DNA of 64,000 nucleotides from an uncultured Fibrobacterota bacterium (GTDB lineage: Bacteria; Fibrobacterota; OXYB2-FULL-49-7; JAEUSG01), in contig CAZPWS010000003.1 in assembly GCA_964590225.1 (NCBI GenBank), forward strand, positions 11,899 through 75,898, given 5' to 3'. Position numbers and translations under genes: made by a program. Under the pieces are notes generated by a model that did not search any database, was not told the origin of the DNA, and saw nothing but the letters and a program-made list of their open reading frames with translations. Shown here piece by piece: positions 26,218 through 36,814 of the stretch (its first letter is position 1; every line of letters starts with the position of its first letter).

Positions 26218-28298
26218 CTCGGCTTTGTACCTTTACACACAGGATATCTTGAGCAGCCGTAGAAAGTTTTAACTTTACCATCTTTCTTATCGGTGTATTT
26301 CCGTTCTGCCATGTAGGCGTTGCAAAGTGGACAAAGTGTTTCTGTCTCAATATTTAACTGTGTAGAATTACCGCACTTGATACATTTTAGATAGTCACCA
26401 TTTTTCCCTTTATACTTACGGAACTTGATTTTGCAGCGACCGCACTCTTTTTCAGATGCTTCGAACTCAAGGTTTTCTTTCCTACCACAGGACAAACATA
26501 CTGCAAAACGGCCAAATTTTCCTGATAGGGCGCCCATTTCACCGCCGCAGGATGAGCATGGCTCGGAATGTTTCAACATATTTTTGCTGTGTGTGCTAAC
26601 AGGATTTTCTCGCGCATAATCAGAAAAGCAACTCTTTGCCTTTTTCATTAATGCTGTCCATTCGCTAAACCAGTTATTCATAAAATTCTTATATTCATCA
26701 CCTGCCTCGGATATGGTGTCTAAATGCTCTTCCAGGATTTTTGTAAAATCTGGGGTAGTAGCATCGGGCATGGCGCGGTTCAAAAGTGCGATGCATTTTG
26801 TGCCGGTCTCTGTTGGATGTAAAAACCCCTTTTTGTCCTCGACATAATAACCACGATCAAGTGGAGTTTGCACAATTGATGAAAAAGTTGATGGTCGGCC
26901 GAATCCAAGCCGCTCTATTTCTTTTGAAAGCGTGGCCAGTTTAAAACGGGGAGGAGGTTTAGTTTCTTGCGAAGCGAAGAGGTACTTGTCAACAATAGCC
27001 GGTTCCCCTTGCGAAAGAGAGATCGAAACCGTGCCGATATCTTCTTCTTCACCGCTATTTTTCTGCTCTGGCATTTCGTCCGCATATATTTTTGTAAATC
27101 CGGGAAAAACTTCAACTCTATTTCGCAATAAAAAATAAATGGCAGAAGGTGTTTCAAAAACCACATCCTGCCGATTAAAAACCTGCGGTTTGCACTGCGA
27201 AGCTAAAAAACGGTTTCTAATTAATAGGTAAAGAGACAGTTCGTCCTTGTTTCCTTTAAGCTCGTTGGAGTCGTCGGGATGGGTGGGTCTGATACATTCA
27301 TGCGCACCCTGCGCGCTTTTTTTAGCCTGATATACAACTGGCTTTTCAGCCATAACATCAGGGTATTCAGCTTGCAGCACCTCTTTGGCAAGGCTTAGCC
27401 CCTCGTCGGAAATGGCGACGCTGTCTGTTCTGATATAGGTAATGTGCCCTTTATGGAAAAGTGACTGCAATAGGGATGTTGTTTTGGCAGGTTTGAATTT
27501 CAGTTTTGCAGCAGCATCTGTAATAATAGTGCTTGTAATAAATGGAGGACGGGGTTTTTTATCTTCGCGGAATTCGTTTATTGAGTGAACCTTATGTTCC
27601 TTTTCTGAGTTTAGGCGTATCAATAAGGCATCAAGATTTTCTTGCGTATCTATTTTGGAAACCTTGTATTTACCCTCTTTGTCCGGAATCGCGTGTTCCG
27701 CGGTGAATCCATCTTTGTAAACAGCTTTCAGCGAGAAGTATTTTCGGGGCTTGAAGTTTGTAATTGCCTCTTCCCTTTGAACAACAATACTCAGGCATGG
27801 GGTTTGACAGCGGCCAGCCGAACGCATTCCGAACCTCTGAATTTCGGGACTTAGCTGATAGCCGAAGATACGGTCAACCGCTCGTCTCGCTCTATACGCA
27901 TCAACAAGATTCATGTCAATTACCCGTGGAGCGTTAAGTGCTTTTTTTACCTCATCCTTTGTGATGCTGTTAAAGCAGACCCTGTTTAGGGCTGTGGTGT
28001 TAAGCTTAAGCAGGCGGCTCAAATGCCACGCGATTGCTTCTCCTTCTCTATCGGGGTCCGAAGCAAGGAATACTGCCTCAGCTTTTGCTGCCTGCGCTTT
28101 AAGCTTGGCAACAACATCAGCCTTTGATTTGCTGATCTGGTATTTTTGTTCAAATCCGCCGGAATTTAGATCGATGGCCATGTCATCAGCCGGCAGATCG
28201 CAAACATGGCCAACCGATGCCGCTACACCCCATGTGCTATCAAGAAAGGTCTTAAGTTTCTTGATTTTGTTGGGTGATTCAACAATCAGCAGTTTCAT
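26214..28298 (-). CDS. topA: DNA topoisomerase I (type IA) with three C-terminal zinc ribbons
   Basis: Toprim N-terminus MKLLIVESPNKIKKLKTFL. C-terminal CxxC...CxxC repeats (CSSCGG...CLSCG, CGRCK...CIKCG, CPLCN...CSRYPVCKG). Confidence 0.8.
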   Translation of the reverse strand: MKLLIVESPNKIKKLKTFLDSTWGVAASVGHVCDLPADDMAIDLNSGGFEQKYQISKSKADVVAKLKAQAAKAEAVFLASDPDREGEAIAWHLSRLLKLNTTALNRVCFNSITKDEVKKALNAPRVIDMNLVDAYRARRAVDRIFGYQLSPEIQRFGMRSAGRCQTPCLSIVVQREEAITNFKPRKYFSLKAVYKDGFTAEHAIPDKEGKYKVSKIDTQENLDALLIRLNSEKEHKVHSINEFREDKKPRPPFITSTIITDAAAKLKFKPAKTTSLLQSLFHKGHITYIRTDSVAISDEGLSLAKEVLQAEYPDVMAEKPVVYQAKKSAQGAHECIRPTHPDDSNELKGNKDELSLYLLIRNRFLASQCKPQVFNRQDVVFETPSAIYFLLRNRVEVFPGFTKIYADEMPEQKNSGEEEDIGTVSISLSQGEPAIVDKYLFASQETKPPPRFKLATLSKEIERLGFGRPSTFSSIVQTPLDRGYYVEDKKGFLHPTETGTKCIALLNRAMPDATTPDFTKILEEHLDTISEAGDEYKNFMNNWFSEWTALMKKAKSCFSDYARENPVSTHSKNMLKHSEPCSSCGGEMGALSGKFGRFAVCLSCGRKENLEFEASEKECGRCKIKFRKYKGKNGDYLKCIKCGNSTQLNIETETLCPLCNAYMAERKYTDKKDGKVKTFYGCSRYPVCKGTKPS

Positions 28299-29570
28299 CT
28301 ATGCAATTTTTCTACCCTTTGCGAGTCTGGCTTTTGTAGCAATAGGGAGACCAAACAGCCTTATGAATCCGATGGCATCCATCTGGTTGTATAGGGCCTT
28401 ATCGTCTGTAAAACTTGCTATTTTATTCACATAAAGTGAATTCTGCGAGCTCACGCCGGCACTTCTGATATTTCCCTTATATAGCTTGAGGCGTACTTTA
28501 CCTGTTACAACCTTTTGTGTTTCATCGACAAAAGCGTCAAGAGCTTCCCGTAATGGTGTGTACCATTGTCCGTAATAAACCAATTCTGCATATCGCTTAG
28601 ACAACAGTTCTTTGTAGTGCGCCGTATCCCTGTCAATTGTAAGCTGTTCAAGATCTTCGTGGGCATAGTAGAGTATTGCGCCGCCAGGTGTTTCATATAC
28701 ACCTCTCGATTTCATGCCTACAAGCCTGTTTTCTACCATGTCTATTTGTCCGACGCCATGTTTGGCGCCAATTTCGTTTAGCTTTTTCATTAAACTGACC
28801 GGATCAAGCTTTTTTCCGTTCACTGCAACAGGAATACCCTTAACAAATTCAATTTCAATGTATTCGGCTTTGTTTGGAGCTTTCTCAATGGGGACGCTTA
28901 TTGTAAAAACACGGTCGAGGGGTTCATTTGCCGGATCTTCAAGCTCGTCGCCTTCATGCGAAAGGTGCCAAAGATTTCCATCTTCGGAGTAAATCTTCTT
29001 TTTTGTAACAGGAACTGGAATGCCTCTTGCATTTGCATAGTCAATAGCGTCTTCGCGACTTTTTATTTTCCAGTTCGAATCTTTCCACGGTGCTATTATT
29101 TTTACAGACGGGTCAAAATGCATATAGGTAAGCTCGAACCTGACCTGGTCATTGCCTTTGCCTGTTGCTCCATGCGCAACTGCCTTGGCTCCCTCTTTTT
29201 TTGCAACAGCCATCTGGTATTTCGCAATTATTGGGCGTGCGAATGATGTGCCAAGAAGATAGCGGTTTTCGTAAACAGCTCCTGCTTTGAGCGTTGGCCA
29301 AACAAAGTCGGTCAGAAATTCTTTACTTAAATCGAAGCCATAGAACTTGGAGGCTCCGCTCTTTAGTGCTTTTTTTTCCAGCACCTTGAAATCATCGCCC
29401 TGCCCGAGATTTGCCGCAAATGCAATAACATCGTACCCATAAGTTTCTTTAAGCCACGGGATTATTACAGATGTATCAAGACCACCACTATACGCAAGAA
29501 CTACCTTTTCGGCCATATTTGTCAACTCCTTCTGTATGTTTTTATTTGTGGCATAAAATAATTGATTCAA
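28299..29570 (-). CDS. argG: argininosuccinate synthase
   Basis: [36 protein letters not shown], the PP-loop of ArgG. 423 aa. Confidence 0.85.
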   Translation of the reverse strand: MNQLFYATNKNIQKELTNMAEKVVLAYSGGLDTSVIIPWLKETYGYDVIAFAANLGQGDDFKVLEKKALKSGASKFYGFDLSKEFLTDFVWPTLKAGAVYENRYLLGTSFARPIIAKYQMAVAKKEGAKAVAHGATGKGNDQVRFELTYMHFDPSVKIIAPWKDSNWKIKSREDAIDYANARGIPVPVTKKKIYSEDGNLWHLSHEGDELEDPANEPLDRVFTISVPIEKAPNKAEYIEIEFVKGIPVAVNGKKLDPVSLMKKLNEIGAKHGVGQIDMVENRLVGMKSRGVYETPGGAILYYAHEDLEQLTIDRDTAHYKELLSKRYAELVYYGQWYTPLREALDAFVDETQKVVTGKVRLKLYKGNIRSAGVSSQNSLYVNKIASFTDDKALYNQMDAIGFIRLFGLPIATKARLAKGRKIA

Positions 29571-31447
29571 GTGAGGGTAGAAACAACTCGCTTTAAAAGC
29601 TGGTCAACACTTAACCCTGCTTCGTTTAATAGCGATTGTTTATCGCCATGAGGAAGAAAGAGGTCGGGAAAACCAAATATGGTTGTTTCTTTGCCGGAAA
29701 GTTTATAGCTGTTGATTAATTCAAGAACAGCCGTACCTACTCCGCCGGTAACTGTACCTGCTTCAAATGTAAATATCATATTATGGTTTTTTATCAACTG
29801 AACGAGTATCTCTTCATCGATTGGTTTTATTTTACGCAAATTTACTACTGTTGGATAAATAGCTGTATCGTTAAGCTTTGAGGCAACGCTCAAAGCACTC
29901 TCAACCATTTCGCCATAGGCAATAAACAGGATATTCTGACCATTAACCAGTATTTCTGGCGCAAGAGAACATGGCGTTGCCCGCCTATTGGCATCAAAGT
30001 TGGTTGCGTTCCCTCTTGGATATCGGATAAATGCAGGGCCGTCAATAGTATATAGAGAAGCATGTATCATGTCGCAAAGTTCGTTTCCATCCTTTGGTGC
30101 CAATAAAGTTATGTTGGGCACACATCGCAAATAGGCAATATCATATAGTCCGTGATGAGTGGGGCCGTCGTCTGGCGTTAGCCCTCCTCGGTCGATGCCA
30201 ACAACAACAGGGAGCTTCTGAAGAGCTATATCATGTATAACATTGTCATACGCTCTTTGCAGGAATGTTGAATAAAGGGCGACAACAGGTTTTAAACCGC
30301 TCTTTGCGAGTCCCGCAGCAAATGTTATGGCGTGACCTTCGGCTATTCCAACATCAAAATATCGCTCTGGGAAACGAGTTGCGAAATGGTCAAGTCCTGT
30401 ACCAGTAGGCATTGCCGCAGTTATTGCCGTAATTGTTTTATCTTTTTCCGCGGCTGCTGTAATAGTATCACCAAATATTGTGGACCATGTAATTGATTCC
30501 GACTTTGTTGTTGATATTCCTGTTTTTTTCTCGAATCCCCCAACGCCGTGGAATTTGGGCGCATCATTTTCTGCGTGCTCGTATCCCTTGCCCTTTTTTG
30601 TGATCGCATGAATAAGGACAGGTCCTTTGACATTCTGACGAACATTCCGAAAAAGTGCTAATAATTGTTCAATGTTATGACCGTCAATAGGTCCGAAATA
30701 GCGAAATCCTAAATCTTCGAATACTCTTCCCGGCAATAACGCGCCTTTAATACCCTCTTCCAAGCGGCTTGCAACTGTTCTAATACCCTGTCCCAAGTTT
30801 TTCATTCTACCTGTCATTTCCCATAGGTCGTTCTTGATTTTATTGTATCGGGGATCGGAAATCACTTTGGTTAGGTAGGATGCCATTGCCCCCACATTTG
30901 GAGAAATAGACATTTTATTATCGTTAAGTATAACTGTTATATCCTTATGAGAGGCTCCGGCATTATTCAGCCCTTCAAAAGCCAATCCACCTGTCATAGA
31001 TCCGTCTCCAATAACAGCTACAACCTTGTCATTCTTTCCTAAAAGATGGTTCGCCTCTACTAAGCCGTGGGCAACGGATATTGAAGTGCTTGCATGGCCA
31101 ACATCAAATGTGTCATACTCACTTTCGAGACAGCGTGGAAAACCGGATAGGCCTCTATATTGTCGGATTGTCTGGAAACGGTCATTTCTTCCCGTCAATA
31201 TCTTGTGCGCGTAGCACTGGTGGCCGACATCCCATACAATTTTATCGTGCGGTGTGTTGTATGAATAATGGAGAGCGAGTGTCAGTTCAACTGTTCCGAG
31301 GCTGCTTGCAAGGTGTCCGCCCGTTTCAGAAACTACTCCAAGTATTCTCTCTCTTACTTCGCCTGCAAGAGTATTTAGCTCGGCAACAGAAAAACTTCTG
31401 AAGTCCGCAGGTGTTTTTATAGTGTTGAGTAACCCCATATTTTTCAA
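29567..31447 (-). CDS. dxs: 1-deoxy-D-xylulose-5-phosphate synthase
   Basis: N-terminus [30 protein letters not shown]...[19 protein letters not shown] and a TPP-binding GDG motif. 626 aa. Confidence 0.85.
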   Translation of the reverse strand: MKNMGLLNTIKTPADFRSFSVAELNTLAGEVRERILGVVSETGGHLASSLGTVELTLALHYSYNTPHDKIVWDVGHQCYAHKILTGRNDRFQTIRQYRGLSGFPRCLESEYDTFDVGHASTSISVAHGLVEANHLLGKNDKVVAVIGDGSMTGGLAFEGLNNAGASHKDITVILNDNKMSISPNVGAMASYLTKVISDPRYNKIKNDLWEMTGRMKNLGQGIRTVASRLEEGIKGALLPGRVFEDLGFRYFGPIDGHNIEQLLALFRNVRQNVKGPVLIHAITKKGKGYEHAENDAPKFHGVGGFEKKTGISTTKSESITWSTIFGDTITAAAEKDKTITAITAAMPTGTGLDHFATRFPERYFDVGIAEGHAITFAAGLAKSGLKPVVALYSTFLQRAYDNVIHDIALQKLPVVVGIDRGGLTPDDGPTHHGLYDIAYLRCVPNITLLAPKDGNELCDMIHASLYTIDGPAFIRYPRGNATNFDANRRATPCSLAPEILVNGQNILFIAYGEMVESALSVASKLNDTAIYPTVVNLRKIKPIDEEILVQLIKNHNMIFTFEAGTVTGGVGTAVLELINSYKLSGKETTIFGFPDLFLPHGDKQSLLNEAGLSVDQLLKRVVSTLT

Positions 31448-32322
31448 TTCACCCTCTCAATAATAAAATCAGCAAGGTCGCGTAAGAGCTCGGCAGCCGG
31501 ACTGCTTTCAAAATGGCTTAGCGCCTCTTTTGCTTCGTATATAAGTCTCGCCGCCTCTTTCCTTGATTCGTCAATTCCATAAAGGCGGGGATAGGTGGCT
31601 TTGTTATTTTCGAGATCGGATCCGACATCTTTTCCTAAAGTTACTGTGTCACTCACAAGATCGAGCACATCGTCAACAATCTGAAATGCAAGACCAATTC
31701 CTTTGCCAAAAGACGAAACTGCCTGCAGTTGAGCCTCCGAAGCATTCGCTATTAGAGCTCCAAGCCTCAAGGAAACGGTTATTAGTTTCTCAGTTTTATG
31801 AATATGGATAAATTCAAGTGTTTTAGCGTCAACCTCTCCTTTACCTTCCGATTCGATATCCGCAACCTGTCCACCAATCATTCCCGATGTCCCCAATGCT
31901 TCGCTTATTTCGGCCACAACTGGCAAGTCTCTGTATTTCCCAAGAATTCCGTAGGCGTGAATGCAGAGGGCGTCTCCTGCAAGTACGGCAATTGCTTCTC
32001 CGAAAACCTTATGGTTAGTTGGTTTGCCTCTTCGAAAATCGTCGTCATCCATGCAGGGTAGGTCGTCGTGAATCAAAGAAAATGTGTGCATCATTTCAAG
32101 AGCACATGCCGCCGGATAGGCTTTTTCGTCTTTACCGCCGCATAGCTCGTAAGCAAGGAGACAAAGCAGTGGACGAAGTCTCTTCCCACCGGCAAAAACA
32201 GAATACCGCATTGACTTATGAATAGAAAACGGCATTGCACTTTCGGGCGGGAGTAATTTATCGAGCCAAGAATCGACTGTTTTAGTTTCGGCTTCGAAAC
32301 GGGATTTAAGCTTCTGATTCAT
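31444..32322 (-). CDS. ispA: polyprenyl (farnesyl/geranylgeranyl) diphosphate synthase
   Basis: First DDxxD motif LIHDDLPCMDDDDFRRGKPT and second motif FQIVDDVLD. Classic xseB-ispA-dxs gene order. Confidence 0.75.
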   Translation of the reverse strand: MNQKLKSRFEAETKTVDSWLDKLLPPESAMPFSIHKSMRYSVFAGGKRLRPLLCLLAYELCGGKDEKAYPAACALEMMHTFSLIHDDLPCMDDDDFRRGKPTNHKVFGEAIAVLAGDALCIHAYGILGKYRDLPVVAEISEALGTSGMIGGQVADIESEGKGEVDAKTLEFIHIHKTEKLITVSLRLGALIANASEAQLQAVSSFGKGIGLAFQIVDDVLDLVSDTVTLGKDVGSDLENNKATYPRLYGIDESRKEAARLIYEAKEALSHFESSPAAELLRDLADFIIERVN

Positions 32323-32581
32323 TGAACAGGTCCATTTTTTCTGTTGAATATTCTGGAGGGGAATTGCCGACAGCGTCTTGTTTTTTTACCAGTTTTTCGA
32401 TTTTCTTTTCGGCATCCGCTAACTTCGAATAACAGACCCGTGAGAGTTTTATCCCCTCCTCATAAAAGTGAAGGGCGTCATCGAGTGATAGGTCACCCGA
32501 CTCCATTTTTGAGACAATCTCTTCAAGCCGGTCGATATTTTGTTCAAAACTTTTATTTGTCACAAATAACCATCCTTCCAA
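32306..32581 (-). CDS. xseB: exodeoxyribonuclease VII small subunit
   Basis: FEQNIDRLEEIVSKMESGDLSLDDALHFYEEGIKLSRVCYSKLADAEKKIEKL matches the XseB family. Confidence 0.7.
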   Translation of the reverse strand: MEGWLFVTNKSFEQNIDRLEEIVSKMESGDLSLDDALHFYEEGIKLSRVCYSKLADAEKKIEKLVKKQDAVGNSPPEYSTEKMDLFNESEA

Positions 32582-32624
32582 TTAGATAGAAACTAATTAA
32601 TTACAAGGATGGTTTTGAAGGTGC

Positions 32625-34766
32625 TTATTTCATTAGCATTACTCTCTTGAGCATTGTTCTTTCTCCAGTCAGGACTTTTACCAAATAAAGTCCGGAAGGC
32701 ATTCCTGTTGCATTCCAATCAGCTCTATTTCCCCGTAGAGAGTTTGTTAAATCTACAATTTTTTGTCCGCTAACTCCATATATGCCTACCTCTCTGATAT
32801 AACTTATTTCGTGCAGTACAATATTTATGGCGGGGTTGAATGGATTTGGCGTTACTGTTAAATATGGCATTTTCCCTGAGCTAACAGAAGCAGCATCATT
32901 CGAAGTTGTTCCCCCACCACCGAAGGCCTCGCGGGTATCGTATGCAACGAGGTCGATATCAACCCCCTCCTTGGATATAATAATCAAGTAGTTAATATAT
33001 CCTCTTATGTTAAGATTAAGTCCATTATCTGTCCGTAGCTCGATAGTATCAGTAGTTATGCTTTTTGTTGTTTTATTTGTGGTGAATTTTACAAGGGTGT
33101 CGTTTCCGTCGCCGGAAAGCTTTTTTACAAGAGGATCATCATCCAGTCTAAGAAGGCAAGTTTTGCCACTCAAGTATTCGCCCATACAAACTTTTATAAT
33201 GTAGTCACCGTCGGGTATGTTAAGCTTAAAGGTTCCTTCATCGTATTTTGCCCAAGCTCCTGGAGAAACAGCCGTGCTTCTGATAAATAAACTATCATGG
33301 AAATCAATCATATTTCTATTTATGGACAGATTGCTGCTGCTCGGTTTATTTACGGTCCAGCCATAGCCCCGCACTGGATCGTAAACTCTGTTCCATTCTG
33401 TATCCCAGTGTTCACTGAACATGGTGTCGTATGGCTGGAAATTGATTCTTCGTATTACGGATAGTTTTTGGGCCATAACAAAGGCAACAGAATCTGTTTT
33501 GCCATCTTTTTCTATTCTTAAAACCATGTCACCGCCCTCTGCACCAATCCTCTCAAGGTAACCGTTTGTCACTTTAAATTGTGTAGTGTCGCTCGATAGC
33601 CACTCAACAGCACCATCAAGATTGGTTATAAAACTCTGATCTCCCTTAGTAAAATATCCATTTGCTGTGAACTTGAATCCGTTTTCGACATATCCGGTTA
33701 TCTGTTTTGGTGTAATTGCCACTGAATCCAGAATAGCTGTGCTTGGTACAATATCAACTGAGAGCGTCTCCCTTTCTGTTTCGCGCCAAACTTCGATGCA
33801 TGCTCTGCCAATCTCTTTTGCTGTTACAGTTCCATAATAATCAACCGAAGCGATGCTTGGTGTAAGCGATGAATATACTGCGTTTACCGAATTGCTTTCT
33901 ATCGAGTCGTTTTCGTAGATAAAGTCAACATTAATTTTAAAAGACAAATATCTCTCAATCGATGAGATATTGTCCGAAAGGTCTATGCGTTTTACCCTCA
34001 CTGGCTCCGCTGTCCACGGAGGCAGATTACTTTTCATCCGTTCAGTCATTGTGACATTCCACGCTACTTGCTGTATAAAGTGTTTTGTAACTGAATCAAC
34101 AAGTGGGTTAGGATTAGCAATTCTTCCCGTAGGATTTTCGCGGAATAGTGTTGCAACCCAGACGCAGGCAGCAAGATATTTTTGCCATTCGGTAGGATGG
34201 GTTCCATCTGATGTGACTCTAAACCCTTTTTTAACAAGTTCCTGAGAACCGACTGCCACAGGTGAGGCATATACAAAGCTGGGTTCAGCCAATTCGAAAT
34301 TAACCTCATTAAGTGTATCCTGCATATTCACCGACCATTCTCCGTTAGCTTCAGTAAAAATAAGCGGTGCTACTGTGCCCTGCATTCTTCGCATCCACAA
34401 TATTGGAATTGACCCCACGCTATCAATTATGCGCGCCAACTCTCGTCCTGTTGCAATGTAGTTTGCTTTATAGGTTTCGTACGAACCGGTTGGATTATAC
34501 AGCGCCATCATTTCCACATAATGAAAAACACCACTCCTGATTGTATCCATTAACGATGTATCTCTCAAAACAGCCTCCCATGAAGTTGTTTTTGGGGCGT
34601 AGTAGTATTTGACGGGAATGCCCCGTTCGGCGGCAAATTTTTTGACATCTTCGGGGGTTTGTGCTCTTGAGCTGCTGCCAAGCCAGCAAATATTTATTGT
34701 GTCTGCTGCATGCAAGCTAAGTGCCAAGAAGAAAACAAGCAAGATTGTTTTTGCTTCGGATTTCAT
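32625..34766 (-). CDS. secreted protein with Ig-like (Big_2) domain and T9SS C-terminal sorting domain
   Basis: Signal peptide. A Big_2-like stretch (AVYSSLTPSIASVDYYGTVTAKEIGRACIEV). C-terminus VTPNPFNPAINIVL...WNATGMPSGLYLVKV, typical of Por secretion tails. Confidence 0.5.
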   Translation of the reverse strand: MKSEAKTILLVFFLALSLHAADTINICWLGSSSRAQTPEDVKKFAAERGIPVKYYYAPKTTSWEAVLRDTSLMDTIRSGVFHYVEMMALYNPTGSYETYKANYIATGRELARIIDSVGSIPILWMRRMQGTVAPLIFTEANGEWSVNMQDTLNEVNFELAEPSFVYASPVAVGSQELVKKGFRVTSDGTHPTEWQKYLAACVWVATLFRENPTGRIANPNPLVDSVTKHFIQQVAWNVTMTERMKSNLPPWTAEPVRVKRIDLSDNISSIERYLSFKINVDFIYENDSIESNSVNAVYSSLTPSIASVDYYGTVTAKEIGRACIEVWRETERETLSVDIVPSTAILDSVAITPKQITGYVENGFKFTANGYFTKGDQSFITNLDGAVEWLSSDTTQFKVTNGYLERIGAEGGDMVLRIEKDGKTDSVAFVMAQKLSVIRRINFQPYDTMFSEHWDTEWNRVYDPVRGYGWTVNKPSSSNLSINRNMIDFHDSLFIRSTAVSPGAWAKYDEGTFKLNIPDGDYIIKVCMGEYLSGKTCLLRLDDDPLVKKLSGDGNDTLVKFTTNKTTKSITTDTIELRTDNGLNLNIRGYINYLIIISKEGVDIDLVAYDTREAFGGGGTTSNDAASVSSGKMPYLTVTPNPFNPAINIVLHEISYIREVGIYGVSGQKIVDLTNSLRGNRADWNATGMPSGLYLVKVLTGERTMLKRVMLMK

Positions 34767-34793
34767 AATAGCTACTCCATTTGAAAGTTATTT

Positions 34794-36806
34794 ATGTTAA
34801 ACATTAAGGTATATATACCGAATATTTCAGGAAAATCATGCCAAAAATGGCTTAAAATAATGCCAAAATCCTTTGAAAAATGTGCCAAAATCCTCTTTTT
34901 GCTCTTTTTTGCAGCAATTTCTGAATCAGCTATTCAATTTACCCTTCCTGAAGGATGTGATGATTATGTCAAAGTGTCGCCTGAAGCGGGGCTTAGGGAT
35001 ACCGTGGGCATAATATTGAAAAGAGAGAAAACCGCTACCTATAACTGTAAATTTTCAAAAAAATTACCATATAAACCAAATTTTTGGCAAAGATCACTCA
35101 TAAAAATTCCGTTAACCTCCAGCAGCACACATTGGTATGGCGCAATTGACAAATCCTTCTCACTGTATCTTATCTCATTTTCTGATGAGAGTAATAACCA
35201 GCCCCCCAACGGCTCTATTCGCTTTTCAATATTACAGAGCAGGGAGAACTTACCCAATACTTACACGCTTCAGCTTGAAGTTTTAACCTCCTCTGACAGA
35301 GCGACAGCCCCAAGGCTTCAATCAATAATTACTGTTGACTCCGAGTATTGTATTGAGTCTAATATTAAGTTTACAACGGCTGATAGTATTAGCGTTTCTC
35401 TGTTGATTAATGGAAAAACAGTAGGGAGTTTAAATGCTCTTATACCAGTAATAGAGAGAAAGTGCATCAATATTTATAGTGGCACATTAGCTCATGGTTT
35501 TGAAGAACCTCTTACTGTTTTTGTCAGTGATTTTGAAATTTCCGATTCGCAGCCATTTCTTCCGCCACCCCGCCCGGCAAAAACTGCAATCCGAGTGGAA
35601 AATGGACGATCCGTAACGAATACAAGTAAGTTCACCTCGTTATATAGCGGAGAATTTATTCGTGAGGTAGAATGGCAGTGCTATAAAGCAGGTGATACCG
35701 CTTTTCCTCTATTTGACATGGTAATTACTGACCCTGCAAAATTTTACGAATGTGCCACACCATTTTCTCTTGATAGTGGCAGTTATCTGTTTCGGTTGCG
35801 ATGGAAAAACAACTTTAATAAATGGGGCCATTTTTCAATTGCGGATACGGTTTTAATTAATTCAAATCCAGAAAGAGCATTCCAGATAGCGCGAGCTGCT
35901 CTATTCACGGTCAATCACAAGAAAGAGTTGGCTGAAATTGAAAACGACAGCTATTATTCGTTAAGAATATCATTTTCTGCAACCACGGATCTTCTAAAGA
36001 TGGCATATTTGGTGGCTATTTTGAGGCATGAGAGTTACCCGTATGGCCATGCAGGTAACAAGGGAGAGAAGTTTCAGCCATTTGGTAATTATATTGTCAA
36101 TATTTCCAGAGAGCAAAATGGTTTTTCGGTGTTTGAAAAAAACATTGAGGGTTCATCGGTAACGCAAAAGCTTAATGTATCAGACAAAGGTTTATACATC
36201 GATGAATCGTCGTTAGTAGTAGATTCCTTGAATAGTATTGTTTCGGTGAATATCAGGCTTCTTGATAAAGCGAAAGAAGGAAATTGGCAGGGGATTGTTT
36301 ATGGCCGTGATTCTCATGATGTAATATCAAATACTTTTCGTTTTCATTTTAGTGTTTGTGAGCGTAAATCCCTCGGAAATATTTATAAAGTTATTGCTGT
36401 CGTTGTTGTGGCTTCGTTTATTGCTCTTTGTTGGTTAATCCGCAGGAAAAAGAAAAGTTCTGCAGCACCCCTTGTGTACGCGAAGGAGTTTGAAACTATC
36501 CGAAAATATATTGCAGAAAACATGGCAGAAAAGTTAACTATTGATATTGTGCGTGCGAAACTTGGAATAAATACAAATCGTTTTTACGATATAATGCGTG
36601 CGAATAATGCCGAGTTTCCCAATGTTGTCAATGTAATACGCATTGAAAAGGCTAAGGAATTACTTCTAAATACTGAAACAACCATTGCCTCTGTTGGGTT
36701 TGATGTCGGGTACAGTAAACCGGGCTATTTCTCGCAAATATTTAAGGAACAGACAGGTGTTACACCCGTAGAGTATCGTAGGACCAATGGAAGACTTTCT
36801 CGATGA
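34794..36806 (+). CDS. membrane-spanning AraC-type regulator: about 500 aa extracytoplasmic domain, 1 TM, C-terminal cytoplasmic AraC HTH
   Basis: Single TM (VIAVVVVASFIALCWLIRRKKK). Then IRKYIAENMAEKLTIDIVRAKLG...SKPGYFSQIFKEQTGVTPVEYRR, an AraC HTH. A large N-terminal domain follows a signal-like hydrophobic stretch. Confidence 0.5.
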   Translation: MLNIKVYIPNISGKSCQKWLKIMPKSFEKCAKILFLLFFAAISESAIQFTLPEGCDDYVKVSPEAGLRDTVGIILKREKTATYNCKFSKKLPYKPNFWQRSLIKIPLTSSSTHWYGAIDKSFSLYLISFSDESNNQPPNGSIRFSILQSRENLPNTYTLQLEVLTSSDRATAPRLQSIITVDSEYCIESNIKFTTADSISVSLLINGKTVGSLNALIPVIERKCINIYSGTLAHGFEEPLTVFVSDFEISDSQPFLPPPRPAKTAIRVENGRSVTNTSKFTSLYSGEFIREVEWQCYKAGDTAFPLFDMVITDPAKFYECATPFSLDSGSYLFRLRWKNNFNKWGHFSIADTVLINSNPERAFQIARAALFTVNHKKELAEIENDSYYSLRISFSATTDLLKMAYLVAILRHESYPYGHAGNKGEKFQPFGNYIVNISREQNGFSVFEKNIEGSSVTQKLNVSDKGLYIDESSLVVDSLNSIVSVNIRLLDKAKEGNWQGIVYGRDSHDVISNTFRFHFSVCERKSLGNIYKVIAVVVVASFIALCWLIRRKKKSSAAPLVYAKEFETIRKYIAENMAEKLTIDIVRAKLGINTNRFYDIMRANNAEFPNVVNVIRIEKAKELLLNTETTIASVGFDVGYSKPGYFSQIFKEQTGVTPVEYRRTNGRLSR

Positions 36807-36814
36807 TTTAAGAA

